The position numbers were made by a program, and so were the translations under genes. From Amoebidium appalachense (lineage: Eukaryota; Protista; Ichthyosporea): a stretch of 64,000 nt of DNA. The DNA lies in assembly GCA_963693365.1 (NCBI GenBank), contig CAVNZM010000001.1, positions 10,132,161-10,196,160 of the forward strand, read 5' to 3'. The stretch's first letter is position 1. Each line of letters starts with the position of its first letter. Shown piece after piece: positions 62,811 through 64,000 of this stretch. The notes beneath the pieces were generated by a model that was not told where the DNA came from, made no database searches, and saw only the letters and a program-made list of their open reading frames with translations.

Positions 62811-63486
62811 CCCCTTCCCCCCTTTCCCCTTCCCCCCTTTCCCCTTCCCCCCTCCCCCCTCCCTGTTTGTGCTCCACACACACACATGCACACACACACT
62901 CACATATAATACACAGACTACCCCTCGCACAAGGTCATTGCCATGCCAGCACTGTCCCCCACCATGACCCAGGGCAACGTTGCAAACTGGATGAAGAAGG
63001 AGGGCGATGAGGTACGTGTGCATGTGCGTACACGGCCAGACACACAAGCACACGCACACAAACATGCACATACGGGGACACACACACAAGCACACGTACA
63101 CATGCACACCGAGACACGCACGGGCTGGCGTGGGCACTTACATGGGGTGCGCATAGACACAGGGACGGATGTGTTCTATTTAGTGTTCTGCGTGGTCAGG
63201 GTGACACGCCCATACTCTTGGGCAAGAATAAGTGTGTGCACAACAAGCAGCAACACACAAGCAGGTTGCAGATGAAGATGTGCAGCGTGTGCACACACAA
63301 CCTCACTGTCTCGCCCGCTCACGGCGGATGTGCATACACATACAGTCACGCAGAACACAATAACACACACGACACACACTCCCAGCCTTTTGCGCACACG
63401 TGCACTCACAGGGACATAGACAAATACACACACAAAAGACGCTTTAGCATAAATATTCTACGCATGTGCATGTGTCATGCATCTCT

Positions 63487-63546
<60 letters not shown>

Positions 63547-63678
63547 CAGGTTGCTACGGGAGACGTGCTTGCTGAGATCGAGACGGACAAGGCCACGATG
63601 GAGTTTGAGGCATCGGACGACGGGTTTCTGGCAAAGATTCTCACCCCGCCAGGTTCAAAGGACGTGCCCGTTGGCCAG
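61242..63678 (+). CDS. DLAT: Pyruvate dehydrogenase E2 (dihydrolipoamide acetyltransferase), mitochondrial; 5' exons only, continues beyond the right edge
   Basis: Exons 61242-61384, 62193-62254, 62917-63011, 63550-63678 join in phase. Arg/Ala-rich presequence, then lipoyl domain [61 protein letters not shown] probable 5'UTR exon ends at ~60133 (GTGAGT). The E3-binding protein (PDHX) is not fully excluded from the lipoyl domain alone. Confidence 0.88.
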
Positions 63679-63789
63679 GTGAGTGTGTGTGTTTTGTGTA
63701 TGTGTGGGCATGTGTGTGTGTGTGTGTGTGTGTGTTGGGGGGAGGGGGGGAGGGGGTGGATGGGGGTTGGATGGGGTGGGAGGGGTGAT

Positions 63790-63822
<33 letters not shown>

Positions 63823-64000
63823 GTATGGGTGTGTGTGTGGCCGGGGAGAGGGGAAGGGGGAGGATGAGGGTGGGTGGGTGTGTGGGTTGGCGGGTGTGTG
63901 CTGGGGGGAGGAGGTGGGGGGGTGAAGGATGCATGTGTATATGTGTATGTGTGTTGTGTGTGTGCGTGCCTATGTGGGTGTGGGTGTATGTGTGCAGGGA

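Overview
Intron-rich eukaryotic genomic DNA saturated with (CA/GT)n, (GA/CT)n and poly-C/G tracts; almost all ORFs in the supplied track are microsatellite artefacts. Hand splicing (GT-AG, reading phase checked across every junction) recovers five multi-exon genes: the 5' part of an RGS(RH)-RhoGEF-like gene (-, runs off the left edge), a complete GH14 beta-amylase (+, 5 exons, ~602 aa), a complete NOL11 (+, 17 exons, ~711 aa), a bHLH-PAS-A-PAS-B transcription factor (-, >=12 exons, ~647 aa) and the 5' part of pyruvate dehydrogenase E2/DLAT (+, runs off the right edge). There is also an intronless small secreted Cys-rich ORF. The intergenic regions hold nested transposon remnants: a hAT-type element with an 8-bp TSD, a long-TIR MITE, two LINE families and a TTAA-flanked element. 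The gene set (RH-RhoGEF, bHLH-PAS, NOL11 and beta-amylase, all highly divergent) suggests a non-model holozoan, possibly a unicellular relative of animals; this is inference only. Most notable: (i) an intronic repeat family found only in the sense orientation of its host genes, ending in CTAAC+poly(C) and sitting at real 3' splice sites; (ii) many 3' splice sites directly abutting (CA)n with no polypyrimidine tract; (iii) LINE reverse-transcriptase sequence apparently overwritten by (CT)n/poly-C; (iv) a divergent bHLH-PAS factor. All protein identifications are from remembered motifs, not database searches.
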